Shown: positions 56,480-64,000 of the stretch, piece by piece
Layout of the letters: each line of letters opens with the position of its first letter
Numbering within the stretch: position 1 is the stretch's first letter
Assembly: GCF_009914755.1 (NCBI RefSeq)
Contig: NC_060940.1
Length of the DNA stretch: 64,000 nucleotides
Direction: 5' to 3' (one strand)
Source: the human T2T-CHM13v2.0 reference genome, Homo sapiens
Translations under genes and position numbers: made by a program
Notes under the pieces: generated by a model
What the model was told of the DNA's origin: nothing
What the model saw: the letters and a program-made list of their open reading frames with translations, nothing else
Database searches by the model: none

Positions 56480-58140
56480 GATGGATGAGAGGGTAGGTGG
56501 GTGAATAAATGAGCGGGTGGGTAGGTAGGTAGGTGTGTGAATGAGTGGATGAATGGATGGAAAGATCAATGAATGGATGAACAGCTGAACAGACAGATGC
56601 ATAGGTGAGGGAATGGTTGGATGTATTGTTAGGTGGGATAGATGGATGGGTAAGAGAATGGGATGGATAAATGAGTAGGTGGGTGAGTGGATGGGTTGGA
56701 CAGATAAATGAGTGGGTGGGATAGATGGATAAATGAGTGGATGGGATGGACAGATAAATGAGTGGGTGGGATGGATGGATAAATGAGTGGGTGGGATGGA
56801 TAAATGAGTTGGTGGGAGGGATGGATAAATGAGTAGGTGGGATGGATGGATAAATGAATGGGTGGGTGGGTGGGATGGATAAATGAGTGGGTGGGATGGA
56901 TAAATGAGTGGTTGGGTGGGTGGGATGGATAAATAAGTGGATGGGATGGATAAATGGGAGGGTGGGATGGATAAATGAGTAGGTGGGATGCATAAATGAG
57001 TGGGATGGATAAATGAGTGGGTGGGATGGCTAAATGAGTGGGTGGGATGGATAAATGAATGGGTGGGATGCATAAATGAGTGAGTGGGATGGATAAATGG
57101 GTGGGTGGGATGGATAAATGAGTGGGTGGGATGCATAAATGAGTGAGTGGGATGGATAAATGGGTGGGTGGGATGGATAAATGAGTGGGTGGGATGGATA
57201 AATGAGTGGGTGGGATGCATAAATGAGTGGGTGGGATGCATAAATGAGGTGGGATGGATAAATGAGTGGGTGGGATAGATAAATGAGGGGGTGGGATGGA
57301 TAAATGAGGGGGTGGGATGGATGGATAAATGAGTGGGTGGGATGGATAAATGAGTGGGTGGGATGGATAAATGGGTGGGTGGGATGGCTAAATGAGTGGG
57401 TGGGATGGCTAAATGAGTGGGTGGGATGGATGGATAAATGAGTGGGTGGGATGGATAAATGAGTGGGTGGGATGGATAAATGGGTGGGTGGGATGGATAA
57501 ATGGGTGGGATGGATGGATAAATGAGTGGGTGGGATGGATAAATGAGTGGGTGGGATGGATAAATGGGTGGGTGGGATGGCTAAATGAGTGGGTGGGATG
57601 GATAAATGAGTGGGTGGGATGGCTAAATGAGTGGGTGGGATGGATAAATGGGTGGGTGGGATGGATAAATGGGTGGGTGGGATGGATAAATGAGTGGGTG
57701 GGATGGATAAATGAGTGGGTGGGATGGATAAATGGGTGGGTGGGATGGCTAAATGAGTGGGTGGGATGGATAAATGAGTGGGTGGGATGGATAAATGGGT
57801 GGGTGGGATGGCTAAATGAGTGGGTGGGATGGATAAATGAGTGGGTGGGATGGATAAATGGGTGGGTGGGATGGCTAAATGAGTGGGTGGGATGGATAAA
57901 TGAGTGGGTGGGATGGCTAAATGAGTGGGTGGGATGGATAAATGAGTGGGTGGGATGGATAAATGAGGGGGTGGGATGGATGGATAAATGAGTGGGTGGG
58001 ATGGATAAATGGGTGGGTGGGATGGATAAATCAGTGGGTAGGTGAATGGATGGGATGGATAAATGAGTGGGTGGGATGGATAGGTGGGTGGGTGGATGAG
58101 CATCTAGGTGGATGATGGAATGGGTAAGTAGGTGGGTGGA
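56480..58140. repeat. G-rich minisatellite, 21-bp unit GGATAAATGAGTGGGTGGGAT, roughly 60-65 copies in core 56690-58090, ABCC6 intron 21
   Basis: Direct inspection; variant units with GGCTAAA, GCATAAA, ATGGGT or an extra GGAT. Confidence 0.95.
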
Positions 58141-58271
58141 GATACATAGCAGTATAGAAGATGAGAAACAGTGTAAGCTTCAGACTCAGATTGGCCTAGA
58201 TTTGAGTCCCAGGTTGTGTCCCAGGCTAGATATGAAAACACAAACAAGTCTCTTAACTCTTTAAGACTTCA

Positions 58272-58517
<246 letters not shown>

Positions 58518-58801
58518 TCACTGCGGTCCAGCCTGGGTGAGTGAGCGAGCCACTTTCTCAAAATCAAAATAAAATAAATTTTAAAAGAATTCAGTTTCTT
58601 TATGTCTGAAATAGACCTATCATATCTATTTTTTAGGGTGGTTGTGAGGATTAAGAAAATGAACATCTAGAATGCTACTGGCACATAGTAGGTGCTCAAG
58701 AAAGGTGAGTATCACTGCCAAGTGCTACATTTGGTGGGAGGACTTGGGCCCCTGGAGGTGGCAGCAGTGGGTGGGGAGGGGTGGGTGAAGCTGGTGGTTA
58801 C

Positions 58802-58922
58802 CCTGCCGTATTGGATGCTGTCCTTTCCTGCTGGCCATCCTGCCCTGTCAGGGTCATCCAGAGGAACCTCTGTCTGGGCTTCTGAAGTGGTACGGTCCTT
58901 CTCAGGGACTGACTTGATGGAC
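58802..58922 (-). CDS. ABCC6: ABCC6 exon 21 (121 nt), linker
   Basis: gacag|G TCC ATC ... GGC AGG|gtaacc; SIKSVPEKDRTTSEAQTEVPLDDPDRAGWPAGKDSIQYGR. Confidence 0.94.
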
Positions 58923-59631
58923 CTGTCATTTAGAGGAAATGAAGACAAAGTCAGTATCTCTCCCAATGGTGGGGTGTATGTGCCTAACCCTCAGGCCCAC
59001 TGACAGCCACTGAGCTCTGGGTACACTCTGTACTCTTTCATTCATTCATTTATCTAACAGAATACTGACCAGATATCACACTTCCCTTCTTCCCATATGG
59101 TACCCAGCTAAATGCCATCTATTACCCCAGGGTCAAGCAAGCCCATTCTTCTGATGCCAATTCACAGGATGAACTTAACTTGCCCACCATTGGAACTCTG
59201 TTCTCAGAATTTTCTTTCTTTTTTTTTTTTTTTTGAGATGGGGTCTTGCTGCATTGCCCAGGTTGGTCTCAAACTCCTGAGCTCAAGCAATCCACCTGCC
59301 TCAGCCTCCCAAAGTGCTGGGATTACAGGCATGAGCCACCATGCCCAGCCTGTTCTCAGAATTTTTATTTTGGCTTAAGCTTTCGTGCAATTGTTTTGTT
59401 CCTACTGTATACCATCAGATTTGTCAGTCCAACTGGCAGAATATAAATTATGCACAATTCAGATGCTAAAGACTCTTTGAATGTTTTATCTGTGGATGAG
59501 TAGGCTGACTTAACCTCTGTGCCTCAGTTTCCTCAGCTGTAAAAATAGGAATATTATCTATCTATCCATCCATCCATTTATCCATTCATCTACATACCTG
59601 TATATCTACATATACATGTCTACCTACCTTC

Positions 59632-60631
59632 TATTAAATTGAGGTTAGCCCAAAGCTGCCTCCTTACATATTTTAAGTTTGGCCTAAAGGTTTTCCCCGT
59701 ACATAGTGAACTGTAACCTAATTGGACTCAAACAGACTGCAACCTACTCCTGTGTCAATCACTGAGTTTCAGCCAATCAAAGGCAACCAACCGTTCAAAC
59801 CATGTTCCAATAAAGCAAACGCTGAGCTGTAACCAATCCGGCTGTTTCTGTACCTCACTTCTGTTTTCTGTCCTTCACCTTCCTTTTTCTGTCTATTAAT
59901 CTTTGACCCCGTGGCTGTACCAGAGCCTCTCTGGACGTATTCTGGTTCAGGGACTGCCCGATGTGCGGATCATTCTTTGCTTAGTTAACCTCTGTTAGCC
60001 AGGTGCAGTGGCTCACGTGTGTAATCCCAGCACTTTGGGAGGCTGAGGCAGGTGGAACACCTGAAGTCAGGAGTTTGAGACCATCCTGGACAACATGGCA
60101 AAACCCTGTCTCTACTAAAAATACAAAAATTAGCCGGGCCTGGTCACATGTGCCTGTAGTCCCAGCTACTCAAGAGACTGAGGCATGAGAATCGCTTGAA
60201 CCTGGGAGACGGGGATTGCAGTGAGCCGAGATTGTGCCATTGCACTCCAGCCTGGGCGACAGAGCAAGATTCTGTCTCAAACCCCGCCCCCCCCGCAAAA
60301 AACAAAAAACCTCAGACACATTAAATTTGCTAGAGGTTAATTTGGCACAATCTCGGCTCACTGCAACCTCCGCCTCCGAGGTTCAAGTGATTCTCGTGCC
60401 TCAGCCTCCCGAGTAGCTGGGACTACAGGCACATGCCACCACGCCGGCTTTTTTTTTTAAATTTACTTATTTTTTATTTTTAGTAGAGACGGGTTCACCA
60501 TGTTGGCCAGGCTGGTCTCGAACTCCTGACCTCTAGCTAGTGATCCACCCGCTTCAGTTTCCCAAAGTGCTGGGATTACAGGTGTGAGCCACCGTGCCCA
60601 GCCTTAATGTGTCTACTGGTTTTCTTTTAAC
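59632..60631 (+). mobile_element. ERV1 MER57-like solo LTR split by two Alus (59997-60310 +, 60343-60603 -)
   Basis: ttaaattgaggttagcccaaagctgcctccttacatattttaagtttggcctaaagg ... gagctgtaaccaatccggctgtttctgtacctcacttc ... resumes as ttaatgtgtctactggttttcttttaaca. Confidence 0.7.
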
Positions 60632-61434
60632 ATGACTACCTATCCATCTGATCTTACTTCAGATTCTTGTGCGCTGTGAAGGTGGTGGGATTTCTCAGTG
60701 TGTGTGTGATTGAGAAGTGCCCTCAGGGTGGCTAGCTGGGATGGGGGTCAGCCCCAATGGTCCCTGGGGACTGAGGCCCCTCAAGATCGCTGCCGCCCAC
60801 CACCCCTGTATAGCAGGCACTTAAGCTCAGGCCATCTGGTATCAGTGGCCTGTTGTTCTGCTTCCCAAGACCCCTCTCATTAAGAGGGGAGAGTATCAGG
60901 CAGCAGGTCCTTCTGCTGCAGACAGCTCCACAGTGAACCCAGCTGTGTCCTGGCTGGAGGGAGCTGAGAAAAGAGGGGACCGGAGGCCTCCTCCTGGCCC
61001 CTTGCCCACGTGTTCTGGCCAGCGTCAAGTGATGCTGTGCATACAGACCCAAGCCCTGTGCATAGCCAGCCTGTCAAAGCATAAGTGGCCGGGCCTGGCA
61101 TGGTGGTTTACAGCTATGGGGAGGAACCAGTCCTGCCCTACTGCAGCATTCAGACAACTCCAGCAAGCTGGCCTCGGCCCACTTGAAGACATCCATCAAT
61201 TGGAAGGCATATTGTTCATTCCATGAACTGGCCTTATGGGGGCCTAATCATCTTGGCTAACTGGACCAATTTTGGTAAATTATCCCTCAGCAGGGCACCA
61301 TGGGGGGACTTCAGCAGGTTCTCTATCCATAATGGTTTTGGTTGCCCGCCTAACTGCCCGAGATGCGGGTGGTCCCTTCAGCTACTTCAGCTTCAGCCTG
61401 TGCCCTTCTGAGTGTGGCACCATGGTGGACTCAC

Positions 61435-61510
61435 CTCTCGCGTCTAAGCTCGGGCCTCCTGCCTGCAGAGGTGCCTCTGGGGTCCTTGGTGCTGGTCCCA
61501 GGTTCTGTTT
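61435..61510 (-). CDS. ABCC6: ABCC6 exon 20 (76 nt), linker; not in the ORF track in frame
   Basis: tgcag|AA ACA GAA CCT ... GAG AG|gtgagt; (E)TEPGTSTKDPRGTSAGRRPELRRE(R); phases join exons 19 and 21 in frame. Confidence 0.92.
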
Positions 61511-62975
61511 CTGCAAGGTCAAGAGAGTCCTGTCACGCAACACGGCCCAGATACCCACTTTGACACCCACTGACTATGTGGCCTTAACCGCTCTGACCAT
61601 CCATTTCCCCTGATCTGGCTCCTGCCACGTCTCCAGCAACCTCTCTCAACACCCCACTCTGAGTTCTTCCAGGAACATCCTTCAGGCATTCACTCACTCA
61701 TTCATTTCTTCAATCAGTGATAACTGAGCACCTACTATGAACTTGAGGTTGGAAAAACAGCATTTAACACTGTACAAAGTCAAGTTACCTCTGTTTCCCC
61801 CAACAGCCTTGCTCAAGCAGTTCCTTGTGTCTGGAATGCTCTTTTCTGGCTAACTCTCACCTACCCTCAGGTACCATCTCCCCTAGGAAGGACACCTCCC
61901 CACCACTATCCCCCAGGTGTGGCCAGTAACTGAAAGCAAATCTGTAGTAGTTTAACCACAGACCTGTAAGCAACAAGTAACTGCTACTGTAAGCTGCTAG
62001 GATTTGGGGGGCTATTTGTTACACAGCATCATCACAGCAAAAGCTGACCAACACAAACAGGCAAGTTCTATCTTCAAGCTTCAGGACTGTGACATTGTGA
62101 ATCAACACTTAAGGTTTTAACCAGGTTGGGCCAGTGCTAAGCAGATGTTCTCAGAAGAAGCAAAGCCTGAGATTGAGGGAGACCTGGATGTGAATCCTTG
62201 CTTTGTCATGAAGGGATAGTGTAGAGGGTAGCAATTAAAAAACACATTCTCTGGAATCAAGTTGCTTGGGTTCAAATCCCAGTGCTGCCACTTACAAGCC
62301 ATGTAACCTGGGACTAGTTCCTTAACTTCTGGGCCTCAGTTTCCTCATCTGTGAAATGGAAATGATTCTAGTACCAGCCTCACAGGGGCATTATGTTGAT
62401 TAAATGAGCTAACCTCTGTGATGTGCTGTTAGTTGCTACTTTTCAGTCATTGTGAGTGAGCTTGGCTTGGCAACTTTACTTCCAGAACCTTGCCATGTAT
62501 CCAGCACACTGTTTTTTTGGATTATTAGAAACCCTAGCTAGCATGGTGTAGCTTGCTAGGCATCAAAGTCCTTCTTGGGCTGTCTCCATAGCAACTGCAA
62601 GCATAGACTCTGGAGCTGGACATACTCAAGTTCTAATCTTGTGACCTTGGGCAAGTGATTTAACTCTCTTTGCCTCAGTTTGCTCATCTGTAAAATGACA
62701 GCAATAACTTCACATGCCTCTGGGGCATGTGTGAGAATCAAATGAAATAGTGTATTTTTTACAGAAGCACTTAGCACAACCCCTGGCTCATGGATGATGT
62801 TATCGGCTATTCTTGGAGAAAGGTGACCTATTAAGAGAGCTGTCTGCTTCCAGGCCTAGGCCTGCAGACAGGGTGTGGCCAGAGCACTCCATTCATGCCA
62901 GTAGGACCCTTCGAGCCTTTTCCCCCAAGGGTGGCAGGAGCCAGGCCTGGAGAATCAGCAAAGCCCACCTAGTAC

Positions 62976-63150
62976 CTCCTTCTCCTCTATCTCCTGGCTG
63001 TCTGGCTTGATCCAGAAGACACACGAGGGCCCCCTTCCTCTGCAGAAGCTCCTGGTAGGAACCCATCTCTGCGATGGCCCCATTTGCCAGCACTATGATC
63101 CAATCAGCCTGGGGCAGGATGTGGAGTGCGTGCGTCACGAGAATCCGTGT
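62976..63150 (-). CDS. ABCC6: ABCC6 exon 19 (175 nt), end of NBD1 (H-loop)
   Basis: cccag|ACA CGG ATT ... GGA G|gtacta; [58 protein letters not shown]. Confidence 0.96.
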
Positions 63151-63324
63151 CTGGGCAGGGAAGGGGTAGAAGTTACACACATGTGGCCGGGTGCAGTGGC
63201 TCATGCCTGTAATCCCAACACTTTGGGAAGCCAAAGCATGTGGATCACTTGAGGCCAGAAGTTCGAGACCAGCCTGGCTGACACGGCTAAGCCCTATCTC
63301 TACTAAAAATACAAAAATTAGCTA

Positions 63325-63701
<377 letters not shown>

Positions 63702-64000
63702 TTAGCTGGGCGTGGTGGCGGGCACCTGTAGTCCCAGCTACTCGGGAGGCTGAGGCAGGAGAATGGCGTGAACCCGGGAGCCGGAGCTTCCAGTGAGCGG
63801 AGATCGCACCACTGCCCTCCAGACTGAAAGACAGAGCGAGACTCCATCTCAAAAAAAAAAGAAAAAGAAAAAAGTTACACACATGTGCTTGGCCAGCCTC
63901 CTGAGCTGGGGGTTGGGGTGGGGGTATTGTCCCTGGACTCAGAGTGGGGACAGCTCCCCTTCTTGTGCTCCTGCCGCCTTTCTTGTAAACAGCATATCCA

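Noticed and set aside
56417-58103. Long ORFs (357, 274, 192, 189 aa) with PTHLSIP/HPTHSFI/WINEWVG repeats
   Set aside because: Artefact of a 21-bp (multiple of 3) repeat lacking stops in several frames; intronic, with no gene structure

Overview
Human (primate) genomic DNA containing the convergent, tail-to-tail 3' ends of two paralogous ABC transporter genes, recognised as the 16p13.11 ABCC1/ABCC6 locus. ABCC1 (MRP1) exons 24-31 lie on the + strand (6806-26136, 3'UTR to about 27.9 kb). ABCC6 (MRP6, the pseudoxanthoma elasticum gene) exons 19-31 lie on the - strand (63150-34990, 3'UTR to about 34.4 kb). All 21 exons were placed by GT-AG boundaries and reading-frame continuity; exon numbers come from recalled gene structures. 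The introns and the ~6.5 kb intergenic spacer are very Alu-rich (about 60-65 copies or fragments by eye). They also contain L1/L2/MIR fragments, MaLR and ERV1 solo LTRs, DNA-transposon relics and two large minisatellites. No bacterial-type system (CRISPR, rRNA, tRNA) is present, and almost all long ORFs in the track are Alu or simple-repeat artefacts. Main non-obvious observations: (1) an antisense, 5'-truncated mRNA retrocopy (SCAF8-like C-terminus, 3'UTR and polyA) in ABCC1 intron 26; (2) a ~175-bp direct repeat bracketing the last ABCC1 coding exon; (3) an Alu target-site duplication that copies the putative ABCC6 exon-19 branch point in front of an antisense Alu acceptor, giving a possible cryptic exon; (4) a 16-bp Alu-Alu identity 16.4 kb apart that fits the recurrent ABCC6 exon 23-29 deletion; (5) several local micro-duplications built around Alu 5' ends; (6) no canonical polyA hexamer found by eye at either gene end.
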